Source of the DNA: Callorhinchus milii
Lineage: Eukaryota
Reading direction: 5' to 3'
Assembly (NCBI RefSeq): GCF_018977255.1
Contig: NW_024704752.1
Location: forward strand, 18,104,001-18,168,000
DNA: 64,000 nt
Both the position numbers and the translations under genes were made by a program. Positions 35,824 to 48,880 of this stretch are shown piece after piece (positions within the stretch are counted from its first letter, which is position 1; every line of letters starts with the position of its first letter). The notes under the pieces are model-generated. The model searched no databases, was not told where the DNA came from, and saw only the letters and a program-made list of their open reading frames with translations.

Positions 35824-35881
35824 ATGCTCCGGGACCTACCTCGTGTGAAGGGCGCTATATAAATGCAAGTTGTTGTTGTTT
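35824..35881 (+). mobile_element. Isolated LINE2 3' tail
   Basis: GCTCCGGGACCTACCTCGTGTGAAGGGCGCTATATAAATGCAAG(TTG)4. Confidence 0.85.
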
Positions 35882-36935
35882 TTGTAGTCAGCACAATCAT
35901 CCCTGTGATCCTGAAACCATCCAAAGTTTGAGAATTACAGCAGGCAGTTGATTTGCTGCTGGACAGACAGAATATTCAGCATTAATGTCTCAGCAGTAAA
36001 CGTATGTGATTAACACTGCAGAGCTATCTCAAATGCCTTCACGCCTGATGTACCAAATACCTGCTTCTATACATTTCTTAACTATAAAGGAGCTTCTAAA
36101 AACCATTAAGATTTTCTCACAAAATGATTCGAAGTACTAAGCTTCAGTGCTCATTTTCCACGCAGTGATTATGGAATTGATTAACATTAACAACCCTTCT
36201 GTTCCTTTTGCAATGTTGGCAGAAGTTGAAGCCCTCCACATTATTCATAGAATCTAATTAACTCATGTTGGAATTAATTTGCTCTTCCTTACTATTAAGT
36301 ACTGTTGAGCTCAAACCGAGTATGTTAACTGTTTTCCTGAGTCTCCACCGTAAGCAATGCATTGGAAACTGCGTCTGTGAATGTTACAGTTGACAGACAA
36401 ACGGATCTTATTTACAAATCAATGCTCTGTACAGTTTCATTCACCCTGGCTTAGCTGGATATGCAGAAATAAACAAACAGTAGCAATGGGTAATCTTCAC
36501 CAAATAGATTGACCTTTTCCTAAAGTGAAGGTATTTATTCATCCGCACATCTGGAAAGTAGCTTTCCAAGTCACCAGTCTTGTTATGAATCTTACTGTTC
36601 ACTTTTATTTTTCAATTTGGCTAATGAAAGAATAATTAAAGTTACTTTTGCAGATTAATTACCTACCTCCACCAGAAGACACAAACAGACAACAGGATAT
36701 TTAATCATGCCATATTTAAATACTAATAGCTGATTTGTTGGAATCAATATATAACAGCTGAGTTTGACTGAAGATTTTAATCATGGTATAGTAAGATTGT
36801 TATATACAGCATTCCCAGACACTATGCTGCATTAAGGGCACTATATAAATGCAAAGTGTTGCTGTATACAGTTATATAGGACTATGTTTGGGTGCTTAGC
36901 TCTCAATTGATGGTCTTTTTTAAGAATCTTTGGGC

Positions 36936-37040
36936 ACTGCAGCTAATTGCACACAGCAGTGTCCCACAAATAGTCGTGGATTGATTGACAAAATTTTTAT
37001 TATGTTTTATTACATTATTTTTTTGAAGGGATTATTACCC
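36936..37040 (-). mobile_element. SINE family A internal fragment, preceded by a degenerate L2 tail at about 36815-36865 (+)
   Basis: GCAGCTAATTGCACACAGCAGTGTCCCACAAATAGTCGTGGATTG..TTTGAAGGGATTATTACC. Confidence 0.85.
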
Positions 37041-38164
37041 CTGAGTTAGTAATCAAAAGCAGACAGTCATATGTTTATCTTTTACAGCACAACGCAAAAA
37101 CTAACAAAAGTTGTTTTAACTGTTCTTAATATGTAACTGGTGTTACTAGGACTTTATTACATTGTGAGTTTATTTATTTTCTCAATGATTTGCTTATTCA
37201 TAGTACCTTCATTTATCAATACAGTATATCTAAGTTATAGCTGATTCAGATGGAATTGGTTGATTTACGATCTTCTCCATTTGTAATAAGTGTTCGCTGT
37301 TCTATAATTTATATTAAGCAAACTCATTTTAATTCCCAGTGAAATATCTTTTATTACTGTCTATAAATCTCTGAGAGGTGTGGCATGTATTCAGTTATTG
37401 ATAGATTAAAGTTACTTTGTGCTTTTCTGCTGTCTGTTGTTGATGAGGACTGTGTTATATCCAATTGAATCTTTAGGGTTAATCTTATTTGCCCTAGAAT
37501 ATCACTCAGTTTGGTTATTAGTCTATTACTTTTCCTAAAGACAAGATCATTTGTTGACCGTTTTCATGNAAAAAAAATTCTGTTCCTTCAAGATGTTTGT
37601 TGTAAGGGTAAAAGTCTCTTATCTGCCGATTTGCTGTTGGCTTTTTTAAAGCTATTCTCAGTTGGTTCACTTCTGATTCCATCTGATTAAGCCAAATCAA
37701 TCACGACTGAAGTCTTTTCTGCAACAACCCAAAAATAGTTTCTTTGACAGAGTAGAAGTCTTGCGTTTGCTAAATAGTGGATTTCAGTTAATATACTTGA
37801 GAATCATGACAAGTTAACATTTTTGAAGTGATCAAAATGTCTATTGTATGATAATCCAAAGGGGAAGAGCATTTTTAAAGAACTAAAGAGGCAAAGATTT
37901 TTGCTGCTTAAAAAATAAATCACCATCTTCTAATTCACATTATCTTAAGCCTATAAAAAAGAGCATGCTTTTTTGTAGCGTCTTATTTATAGCAACATGT
38001 CTCAAAGGGCTTCACAAGTAGTTACTGTTAAGGGTAGGGTTAAGAATCTGTGAGCTATGAGAGAGAGCTATTTTAATTAGGTAATTGCTCATTCCTAGAA
38101 TCACTGGGGATCTGCCTCATTGCTGCCCTTTGCACACTCTCTAAGGCCTAGGTATCCCCAGTTG

Positions 38165-38223
38165 TTGCAGCCTCCAGAACTGTATGCTGTACTCCATACG
38201 TGGGCCTGACCAAAGCAACGTAA
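38165..38223 (-). mobile_element. CR1 ORF2 micro-fragment
   Basis: YVALVRP plus a frameshift into MEYSIQFW gives the CR1 motif LY.ALVRPHLEYC.QFW. Confidence 0.7.
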
Positions 38224-38400
38224 AATAATAATAATCCTTGCATTTGACGTAGCACCTCATCACGTCTTCGAGACGTCTCAAAGCGCTTCGCAGGATATAC
38301 TGTAAAAACAGGGCAGCCAATTGCACGCAGCAGCGTCCCACAAACAGCAGTGGGTTGAGTGACCCGTGTGATGTCTGGGGATCTGAATTCAGCTGATTTG
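38224..38400 (-). mobile_element. SINE family A variant 3' half
   Basis: Standard tail plus the GATGTCTGGGGATCTGAATTCAGCTGATT segment shared with 22815-22860. Confidence 0.9.
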
Positions 38401-38465
38401 GCAAAACGGCCTGTAAATATAAGACAAGGGAAGAACGTTTGAGGGGGAAACATAAGTAAAACTCG

Positions 38466-38530
38466 CCAGCGCTTTGGGACGTCCTCCCGACGTGAAAGGC
38501 ACTCTATAAATGTAATTTTGTTGTTGTTGA
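38466..38530 (+). mobile_element. Isolated LINE2 3' tail (CTCCC-loop type)
   Basis: AGCGCTTTGGGACGTCCTCCCGACGTGAAAGGCACTCTATAAATGTAA..(TTG)n. Confidence 0.85.
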
Positions 38531-38689
38531 TCAATTTTCTCTTATATTATCCTTATTGACGATTGCATGTGCAGTTTATTTTGCTGTCAACCATCACAGA
38601 AAGATACAAGACAACTGTTTTACGGCACTGATCCAAGGTGTATTCATGATTATTATGAGATTGAGTCAGCTCCTCTTCGAATCTCTTGA

Positions 38690-38892
38690 ATCTCCGGAAC
38701 TCCCTGCCTCAATCCCTCTGTCTTACCTCCTCTTTACTTGGCTTCAAATCATATTTGAAGACTTTCCTCTTCGACCGTGCCTCCTCTCACCTCCCCTCTC
38801 TTTCCAGCTCAGCGTCAAACCCATTCACTGTTAAGCGTTCCAAGACACTACCCACGTGAAGGGTGGGATTTACGTGCAAGTTGTTGTTGTTG
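38690..38892 (+). mobile_element. LINE2 3' fragment
   Basis: GGAACTCCCTGCCTCAATCCCTC..TTCAAATC..TTGAAGACTTTCCTCTTCGACCG..GCAAG(TTG)4. Confidence 0.85.
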
Positions 38893-39250
38893 GGAATGTT
38901 ACTAATAAGAATATATAATTTTTACACTGTTGATATCACTTACGTTGCAAAATATATTGTCGCTGTCGAATAATGTGCTTCTGCTGCCAAACTAAATGAG
39001 TTGCTTACCCCTTAATGAAATCAATAGCTATAAAATCGGTGTCGATATAAGTGATCAGTGATGTACGAGGAGAGACTGACAAGTGAGAACTGATCTCTTA
39101 CGCCTGAATAGGTTTTATCATTAGTTAGGAACATACAACAAAGATTGCAGTGATAACAAATAGTTAAAAGAGCAAAACATACTACATGAGATGCCTCGAG
39201 CAAAAATCATTACCAAGAGGTTATTTTTAAGTTCCAAATCTCCATTGTCA

Positions 39251-39362
39251 TTTCGCCCACAAAAAAATGCAGTCAATTCACTTTACAGTCTATACTGTGA
39301 AGCGCTTTGAGACATCTAGAAGACGTGATAAGGCGCTGTATCAAACGCAAGGATTATTATTA
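39251..39362 (+). mobile_element. SINE family A 3' fragment
   Basis: TTTCGCCCACAAAA..GTGAAGCGCTTTGAGAC..GCAAGGATTATTATT. Confidence 0.9.
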
Positions 39363-41994
39363 ATGTTAAAAATGTACAAATTTGCATTGCATTGTTATAA
39401 ATAAGGTTTCTCTTTTCTTGTGTCTTATTTTAGTCTCAGATCAAACAAGCCCAAGCTGACTGGAAGCTGCGGTCAGGTAATTAGAATGCATCCATTGCAT
39501 ACACACAGCTTCAGTGAGATATCAACAGAAATCGAAGAATAAGGCTTTTTTTCCCACAGCACAACTGGTGAAAATAAATGTGTCTGAACAGGAGCAGAAT
39601 ATTTTAGAAACAATGGGTTCAATTCAGTCACTGATAAAATATTTCCAATACAAAAATCCGCTATAAGGTTTTAAGTTCCATTCCTAAGAGCAGGGGTTAT
39701 TTCGAATAATTTTGGTCACATCAATGCATAGTTTGTTTCACTAAAAGTCATCAATGTCCTTAACCAGGCAGTGGCTATTATAGGGTAGAAAATGCACTTA
39801 AGCTAAACTGCAGAAATATGAGAATAAACCTTTATCAAAAAATACTACAGCAAATGCATGAACGGGTGTTGATGTAAAAGTGAAGTTACAATTCTCTACG
39901 GCAATAAACAAAAATGCATCTCGTCATTCCATTACAGTAAGCCAGGTGTGATTGGCAGAAACCTGACTTATGTCCCCCCTTTTTGTAAAGCTGGGAACTT
40001 TTATCGCACTTCACTGGCTCCAAGACTCATTCTACTTGAACTGAGCTCAAGCTTCTGTGAGCTATTCTAGGCCCTGCAGTAGTGTAAAGTGCTTTCCCTG
40101 TTTTCGATGCTTACTGCACTAGAAAATTAGATTTCCTTCCTCAATCATGTTGTGTGTGAAAAACTGGCTTCTGATTAAAATTATAGAAAAAACATTCTCA
40201 GCGCCAATTGAGCAAATAGTCCAAGCAGCCTCAGATAGATTTCTGTTAAAGACAAATGCAAGTTAACGCGTATTGGATCAAGACACCTGTGGACAGGTAG
40301 AAATTGAAGCACGTCTATCAGCAGAGGCAGAGAAGGTTTTGGTGGTGATTATTGATCATTAACGCTCGCGTTCTAATCGATCTGAAGCTGCTGTCAGCAA
40401 AGCTATTCACACACTTGGTTGCACCTTCAGGGCATTTGACTCTAAGTGAAAAGAGATTATTCTGTAATCTTTCCCAGTTGCTTTTTTAGGTTTGGAGATG
40501 CCTCAGGTGATAGAACCAGGCAGGATCAAGCCTATGAAAGGTAGAAGTCGGATTGATGAGGCTAATGATGTTTTCTTACAGTGCGTTCAAAGCCGTAAGT
40601 CTGCGTTCATTCCCTCTGGGGTAGCAGTTCTTCTCCATTCTCTCAGCACACACCTCTCAGCCAGAAAACAGATGAATATATTATGCATTGGTTCCCTCAA
40701 TAATTGTCATCTGTTATTAGTTTTTTCATATATTGTAATTTGATCAGTGTGACGTGCCGGTATACCAGCTGTGTCTTGTCTTATAACCACATTCAAACTA
40801 ACAACAATTGATTTTTTTTGTTTGTTTTACTAGTGTGCAGATGGTTTTATGATAACTTTATAGGCATAATTTTGTCCTGAAACCTTACACTGTACATCAT
40901 CACATTAAGGAGTAACAAAAATTGATCACAGAAACTTACCTTCAATTAAAAGCACAACATTCAGATATACCATCTAGGCTGCTCAATATCAATCTGTATT
41001 ACTCACTCTGATTTGATATTGAAGAAATCTTTCAGAATTGTTATGGATAGAGTTGTATTGCTTGTATCCTTTCAAGGCGACCATCAGATAATATTTAGCA
41101 TTGCATGCATGAAACATAAAGAATAGGCAGTCAAGGTGGCTGTATCAAATGCAAGGATTATTATTATTACCAGTTTTTTGATTGGCATATGCTTTGCTGG
41201 AAAGTTATGCTCATTGTGCACGATCACAAAGTAATTGGAGCAAAAATGTGAACAGCGTTTTGCAATAATCATAAATTGCGTGGAAGCCTATAAGCCAGCT
41301 TTGTGTAAACATGGTGTCAGGCAGTGAGTGAACGAATTAGCAAACACAATGCACACTAAAAAGGAAGAAATAAATTATGCTGTCAGTGGTATTTTTCATA
41401 TCTACTTATCAGGTCTGGAACACAAGTCAGTTTGCTGCATCACACATAAGATTACTGTTGTAGGTAGAAGTAAAATAAGATGAAGTGTTGCTCATTCAGC
41501 CACTTAAATTAACTGGATATTACATATGTACATTTTAAAAATGTCATAGGATTTTCATTAATTTACGCAATGCATTTCTGGCAAGTATTGATTGTGCTTT
41601 ACAAATGCGCTAATTAATCTTAATAGTTTTATAATTGTCTTATTGATTCATTGTCTGACTTCTCATATATTTGGTACATTACTGAATTGGCTGGAATATA
41701 ACAATACTCAGAGCATTGTATCCTCTGGTTATGAAGAGGAAATAAAGAGCTCTCATCTCATGAAGAAATCTAACAGCCGCAAACGGAAGACATTCCACCC
41801 GTGTCTGGTTTTATTCCATTTACGCAACGTTTAGAGTGCCCAGAATTTGGCAGATTGTTGAATTCAGTCTGAACTTTGAAGTAATTTTTTTCTGTCATTC
41901 TTAAAAAGACTCACACAGGTTGAAAAACCTACACAGGTACCAAGTAACTTTGAAGACCTTTGGATAAGAGTACTCCAAATTAGTCAAAATGTGT

Positions 41995-42560
41995 TCTCAG
42001 CCGTTTTTCCCAACTCCTCCCTCCATAGGCTGCAGATAATCCAGACCTCTGCAGCCCGTGTCCTCTCCTGCACCAAACTCCATAACCCCATCTCCCCCAC
42101 TCTCGCCCGACTCCATTGGCTCCCTATCCTTCAGAGGATCCAGTTCAAGATCCTGGTCCTCACATACAAAGCTCTCCATGGCCTCGCCCCACCCTACCTC
42201 TGCGACCTCCTAACCCCCTACCAACCCGCCCGTTTCCTCCGCTCAGCCATTCCCTCCGCTCAGCCGGCTTTGGCTGCTCCATGTCCCCCGACCCACCATT
42301 GGCGGGAGAGCCTTCTGCCACTCTGCCCCCGACCTCTGGAATTCCATCCCCCAGTCACTCCCCCTCGCCCCCTCCTTAGCCTCCTTCAAGTCCCGCCTCA
42401 AGACCCGATTCTTCAACCATGCCATCAGCCACCCCCCTTCCCCTCCCCTCCCTTACCCCCCCAACCCCAGCTCGGGTCTGAAATGCTGTTCTCTGTCCAG
42501 TGCCTTGGGACATCCTCCCGACGTGAAAGGCGCTATACAAATGTAATCTTGTTGTTGTTC
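41995..42560 (+). mobile_element. LINE2 (L2) 5'-truncated copy: ORF2 C-terminus, 3'UTR and (TTG)n tail
   Basis: LHRLQIIQTSAARVL..ISPTLARLHWLPILQRIQFKILVLTYKALHGLAPPYL..RFLRSA; after a duplication-induced frameshift, GGRAFCHSAPDLWNSIP..SFKSRLKT. Confidence 0.97.
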
Positions 42561-45117
42561 TAGATTCCATTTTCTCTTATCTGGCATTTTATCATCTGCT
42601 CCTTAAATACAAAGTTCTCTCAATCGGAGACTTTGAAAAGGTGGTTGCTATGTGCTTCCGTCAGAGTTGCTAATGACGTCGTCAAGTTATGTTGCCTTCC
42701 AAGCATTTAACCATGCATCAGTTAGCAGGACTAAACACCATTTGGCATGAAATATGTATCGATTGCTTAAAGGAGACACAAGTGGAAGTCTCAGTTATGT
42801 AATAGTTATGTAGCACAGTGTCAGACAGAAAATTGCTACCTCAGACTAGAATTCACATGTTATTTGGGCTTTGACCAAGCAGATCAAATCTACTACAGTA
42901 GATACACTTCCCATTCAAGTAGTTATATGTTGGCATTGGCTCACACAACTGGTTTGATAAAAGACTTGTACAATGTTGGCCAAAAATCAGAAATGAGAGT
43001 TGGTAAGATAGTGACAAGCAAAATGATAAAGAAGCCTATTATCATGCCAAATCTTAATATGAAAAGACCTTGGCCATTATTTGAGGTACAAAACTAAATG
43101 TATAATTCAATATTTTTGAGCTTTGTCTTGACATTGTTCAATCTGTTTCTAACATCAGAAAGAAACCGACTATCCCTTTTCATTTATAACAAAGGAGTCA
43201 CTTGTCACATCTCGTTGGATAAGCAGAATTGCGCGGTGCATATGTACTGGAAAAATCACATTAAAAATCAAGGTCAGTTTCCAAAGTTTCTTTGAAGTCC
43301 AAGAAACATATTAACATTGGGGTCCAGAATAAGCTCAACATTTCTCTTACATGTTTGATCTCAGAATAGCTCTTTTCTTTCAATACTCGTATTCTGTGAG
43401 ACCAAGCAGAAAAACTAGCTATTCCACTCGCTCATTAAATAATAATAATTTTTGGTTCAATTGTTCATGTTGGCTGGCAGTGTCCCACTGGGTACAAATT
43501 GTATAAATCCACGCAGATTTATCAATGATGTGCAGCACAGCATCATGTAGATAAGATTTGGCATCTAAAGCTTTTAACAGAGTATAGAATCCCAACAACA
43601 TTGACTGTGTGGCAAATTTATGGAATATTTGGTGCATTGTGTTGACCATTGTTTTCTCTGTACAAAGCCACATTGAAGCAGGCTTATCCATTAACACTGA
43701 ATAGCTGTTGGGGTATTTATTAATTTACAAGATTTCTTTGACCTGACCATTCAGGTGTCAGTGCAATTTTCTGAGACTCTTTCCAGTCCTCCTGTCAACC
43801 ACCAAGGACAAATAATCAAAACAACTGCCCTTGGTGCACTTGCTTGTCGATTTATCTGGTTATCTCAGCTTACATGCAATATAAAAAAGCCTAATTGCTT
43901 GAGAAAGATGGCTTTGTTTGCTTGTGAAACGGCAGGTGAAACTGTTTCATTTTAACGCCATTGAAATAAGTGTATTTCCATAGAATTGAGAATTCTAGAA
44001 AGAAAGAAGTTGTCTTCAGTGAATGTGCACCAGGCCTCCTGCTGCGTACAAGTCACCGCCCATCTGTTGGCCAGTTTCCCAGACGCTTGTCATGATGTGT
44101 TCATTCTGTCACAATTATCACTTCCAGATGCTTTGAGGCAAATGATAACTCGCAGGGCTGCCTGTTAGAGGAAGATGTCCTCCTCTGAGAGGGTCAGTAT
44201 TGCGTCAATGTGATCCGGTGAGACCTACTCTCTAGTTTATTTATTTTATTTCTTTGCATGGTTGATTGCGGACTGAAACGCTGTCTGGTGGCAAAGCTTC
44301 CTCCTTACAGACTCCTGCGGAAACATATTATAACTAAGTGCAATCTATTGCAAGGAACATTACAGAAAACCCACTGAGCTTTCTCAAGATAACTTGCTCT
44401 TGATCTGACACATCTGCAAATGCTGGTCTGAACGCAATCCTCCACGTATACTACCATAATTGATTTGTGTCACCGAGTATTGACACATTTCGTATACAAC
44501 ATGTTTTATATAGCTAGTTGGCCATTTTGAGCTTGGAGCCCATATTGGATAAAGTTATGGAACCGCAAGACAAGATGTTCACACTTGCGTTGAACATTTG
44601 ACTTTTAGGATGTTTGGCTCCACTGTTAAATCCAGAGAAGCACAATTCCATTGCTTTTCTGGCCGATACAATAATCAGGCATTCTCCACCTCTGCTTCAA
44701 TACTTGAGAGTTGTGTGTCACACTTAATCTATTCAATGGTAATGACACTTTGCTTCATTATGTGAGTGTTGCATTGGTCTCGCCCACACTTGAGAAATGA
44801 CCATAATCGAATGGGATGTCTGCTGCCTTCGCTATTTGTGCTGTTCCTTTTTTCGAGGAATGAATGAGGCATGAGGAATGTATCCTGAAATCCGCATTCA
44901 CCGGAATACAAATGGACATTCTGCTCTGAGGAATGCCAGTATGATCTGCAACAACAGTTTAGAAGGACCCTGTAGCAAAACAATTTCAAGGTAGCTTTAA
45001 CTTTCACTGCCACATGTAAAATCAGTCCAGATTGACTTGAAGGACTATTTACATCTGTGGCAGACAATGCTGGTGATTTTCTCACTTCATCTAAATCTCC
45101 TTACACGCTGCCCTTCA

Positions 45118-45143
45118 CAGAGAGAGAGAGAGAGAGAGAGAGA
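45118..45143. repeat. (AG)n microsatellite
   Basis: Directly visible. Confidence 0.9.
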
Positions 45144-45544
45144 CATACCCACAGTAAAGGAAAGTAATCCATCCTCAGCAATTCACCTGGACAGGTCATT
45201 TTGGGGCCATTTCCTCCACAAAAAACAACCAAAAAAGACTACCATGGTTCCTTGTGGATCTGTTTATATGCATAAAATAGGTAGAATATGTAATGAACTC
45301 AATGTTACCAGCATTGGTCTGGGGATATGATCAATTGTGCACAAGTCAGTGAATTGCAACGTTGATATGTGACAGCCTCATTTTTGGAAGATATAACTGT
45401 AGTATTCTGGAATTAATGTATTTAGGAAGCTCATGCTTGTACAGAGCAGTTTCAGAGCATTGCATGTATAAGACTTCTAATGTGTTTATTTCTTAAGTAA
45501 GGGTATTTGGAACATACACATACTCTTGAGGATTCACAGAACAC

Positions 45545-45637
45545 ATTTGATATAGCGCCTTTATCATGTCGTCAGGACATCTCAAAGCACTTCACAGATT
45601 ACACTATTTGGATTGACCGTATTTTGTGGACAAAACA
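45545..45637 (-). mobile_element. SINE 3' fragment
   Basis: CATTTGATATAGCGCCTT..GACATCTCAAAGCACTTCACAG. Confidence 0.8.
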
Positions 45638-45954
45638 TCTTTCATTACACGGGCATTTACACATGGATAACACAATTGACAATATAGAACCTAACACTGA
45701 AGGCTACATTGTCCCCTGTTTGATAAAAATAGATGGCCAAATGATAATATTTTATAGTTATTAAGATGAAACAGCCATGTTCGCAGGGCAAGGGGTGAGC
45801 ATCAGCATTTTGGACACCCTGAGAATGATAAGAGTAGTAATTTGACCCTGTGCGCTTTATAATGGGAAAATCCCATCACAGGTGCACATCATCCATCCCA
45901 ACACTTAACGGTGAGAATAATTCCTCGCCCCCAGTGTCAACATCAATAACTCCT

Positions 45955-46157
45955 ATGTCAGGTACAGCACAGCCAAATGCAGAGTCAAGCAGCTTTCATT
46001 CCGCTTGAACAAATGTGCCATAACCCCAACCTCCTTTTAACACTTGTGTGACACTTCCATTAGCTACTTCATCTATCAGCTCTACTTATAGTCTCTCTGG
46101 GCTAGAGTGCCAACTTAGTGTCTAATTGTGGGTATTGTTATGCCGTGACTCACACCC
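45955..46157 (-). mobile_element. LF-SINE-like ancient SINE relic
   Basis: CAGGTACAGCA (45959), AATGTGCC.TAACCC (46012) and GTGCCAACTTAGTGTCTAATTGTG (46107) occur in the order and spacing of the reverse-complemented LF-SINE 3' half (recalled consensus). Confidence 0.6.
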
Positions 46158-46821
46158 TCAAGCTACTGATTTGAAACTGCCGTGACTCATTTCATACAGG
46201 ACCCTCAAGTCATTAGAAAGGGCAAACTTGCATTCCATCATTCTGAGCGAGCTTTAAACCAAGCTTGCACAAGGCAATGCGCTAACCCACTGTGTCAATT
46301 GGAATACCTGCATGGAAGCTGCTATTATAACCTCAGGCTATGCCCTAATACCATGGACAAAACAGGAGAGACTGGGGAAGTACCAGAAAGTATGCTGGGG
46401 GGGGTATATGGGTCAGAAGAAGCTTTATGGTCCCATCTAAGTGACAACACCGTGTCTGATTTGCCTCAACAAGCAGATTCTGTTCAACGTATGTGCAGAA
46501 TTGCAGACAGATGCAGAGGGTGAGTATGTTGTTAGCACAGTTTGGCAATTGACACTGATGGTGATAACAATGTTCAAGTTACATGCCGCTGGCCAATTCT
46601 TTGTGGCCTCCTGTCTGCTATAGAATATTAGGTACTGAATAAGATTCTAAAGGACTTTCCTGAAAAATACTTCACATGAACTTTGGGAAACTGTTGTTCT
46701 GTAAAGCACCTACAGGGACTCAAGCTACCCTGGAAAGGAACTACAAGTCACAGCATCTGTTAGCCTAACAGCTGTTTGCATGACCTTATTGCCACTTATT
46801 CCCTGAAGATTTTGGCAAAAC

Positions 46822-47100
46822 CTTAGGCAAGTTACCTCCGCACATCTCTGATTACCTAGCAGTAATTAAGAACCTGTTGTTAGTCGATTGGCAGATTGCT
46901 TTCCAGGGGGGGTAATAATCCCTCCCCCCCAAAAAAAAATTATTTAGTCACTCAATCCATGACTATTTGGGGAACGCTGCTGTGCGCAATCGCCCACAAA
47001 ACATACAGTCAATTCACTTTACAGTATATTCTGTGAAGCGCTTTGAGACGTCTTGAAGATGTGATAAGGCGCTATATTAAATGCAACGATTATTATTATT
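46822..47100 (+). mobile_element. SINE family A, 5'-truncated
   Basis: GGCAAGTT..TACCTAGCAGTAA..GTTAGTCGATTGGCAGA..GTGAAGCGCTTTGAGACGTC..GATTATTATTATT. Confidence 0.92.
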
Positions 47101-48189
47101 TCCAATGTCTCACCCTTTGCCATGTCCATTTATACCTCTGCTAACCAAGCATCGCCAACCTCTCTTTTAAACACCTGTCCTTTATGTACTGAAGTAGCAT
47201 CTGAAATTCTATTCGTTCATTCATATAATTCTACATTAGAACCTGGATTATTTTAGAAAGCCTTGTATTTCTACATCACATATGCTGTAGTTACACTTTC
47301 CTGACTTGTGCAACTTTTGAAATGGAATTACAATTCCATGTCAATTTGAAGGAATACAGCAGTGAGGAATGAAATGTTTCTGCAAATTTATATTTAAAAA
47401 AATAATCTGGCAAAAATAACAGCCTTGGGAGAGGATTACCCCTTGTTGAATATATAAGTGCTACTCTGATCTGAAACCATTTTCTTTGGAGCTTCCTACA
47501 CTGAAAATTGACAGCAAGCTTTGGGATAAGATTCGTTTTTACAGAGATGATCTCTTTTGCTCCAGGGATTGAAGAGTAGGCTTGAGTGGACATTTATTGA
47601 GGTGGGGTAAGTCAAGTCCATGCATCACTACACTCAGCTGATGTGATTTTTGCTGCAGTTCCTTTTCCCTTCATGCTAAATAATTGTTCTTGACAAAGCG
47701 CTGAAGCCTGTAGGGATATCATATCCCCAAGAGATTTCAGATGGGGTTTTTGTCAGACCTAATGTCTCCTTAGAAGCAACAGAAGGGGAAAAAATGATGA
47801 CAGTGCTTTGTCCCAATCTGCCCGAAGAAGAAGTGCATTGATGGAACTGTTGTGTTTTCCTGCTGGAATATACTTAAGTTCATACACTTCTTGTATTGAG
47901 TCCAAAGCTACATCTTTATAGGAGTCTCGTCTTTAGCACCAGCAGAACTGAAAGAAGTATTTTGGTTTAAGAACCATGACCATGTAACTCTTGTATTAAT
48001 AGGTATTCACTTACAGATAGAACTTACTGTTGCTATGTACCCAAAACACTCTGGGCCATTCTTCCTAAAGAATCGGAGCTTTACCCAAACTTGTAAAAAT
48101 CTTTAGTTCAGGATACACACCATTTCCAAGCTTTCACTGTATGTATTTGTTATAACTAGTACTTAATAGTACTATTCATAGACTACATG

Positions 48190-48247
48190 AAAAGCGCTAT
48201 ATCAAATGCAAGGATTATTATTATTATTATTTTTATTATTATTATTA
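48190..48247 (+). mobile_element. SINE family A tail only, with (ATT)n
   Basis: GCGCTATATCAAATGCAAGG(ATT)n. Confidence 0.8.
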
Positions 48248-48744
48248 CATAGCAGCCTTCGCTTTTCAATAGTTTCTACCAAACACTATGCAATTTCATA
48301 CAGTGATCGGCTGTTAATTTGTTTGTAAAAGCTCTTTCTAAAAGAAAATTGGAAGTGTTTTCAGTAGGTCTTTAGATGCAGTCACCAATTCATCCATGCC
48401 AATCTTTCACCAAACGAGATATAAAAGATGGTTCAGCAGTGATTGTGAAGTATTCCAATTTACTCTCGAGTGTGAAGGGGCACAGTTTCTAAGTGACGGA
48501 TGTGCAAGTCAGATCTCAAGGTCTTTCACATGAACGGACCATGCCAAAGGCTCACTATCGCTGGTCTTCATTCTACTAGATTGTACTAGGAATGTACACA
48601 CAACTTCCTGGAGAGCCTCTTAAATTGTGTAATTCTACTTACATGTGTGATATTTCAAATAGCAATTATTCAGGCAATGAAAGGAGCCATAATGACCATG
48701 ATCAATGCTTCTGTCTATTTCCTCTTCCCTATCGCTTTGTAGTC

Positions 48745-48880
48745 AGCAATAACAACAATTTATTGTTCGATAGGATCCTGTCTCAGGAAGCTTCACAGAT
48801 ACAGTGTTAAACGCTGAGCAAGGGGGAGGTGACCCCTGGATGCTCGTAGAGGTAAGTTTTAGGGCAGGATTTAAAGACAA
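48745..48880 (-). mobile_element. Degenerate LINE2 3' fragment
   Basis: AACAACAATTTA..GCTGAGCAAGGGGGAGGTGACC..GAGGTAAGTTTTAGGGCAGGATTTAAAG. Confidence 0.6.

Noticed and set aside
41991-42563. Longest ORF (190 aa) as a host gene
   Set aside because: It is a frameshifted LINE2 ORF2 C-terminus followed by the L2 3'UTR and tail
43419-43697. Possible LINE RT remnant on the minus strand
   Set aside because: Only vague similarity; no diagnostic motif
14186-46519. Plus-strand exon-like segments (14186-14264, from 16374, 39434-39476, about 40490-40540, 46477-46519)
   Set aside because: Splice-like signals occur at about chance frequency for 64 kb; no recognisable peptide and no convincing chain
46182-46523. 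113-aa ORF ending near a GTGAGT donor
   Set aside because: No ATG start or recognisable homology; insufficient evidence
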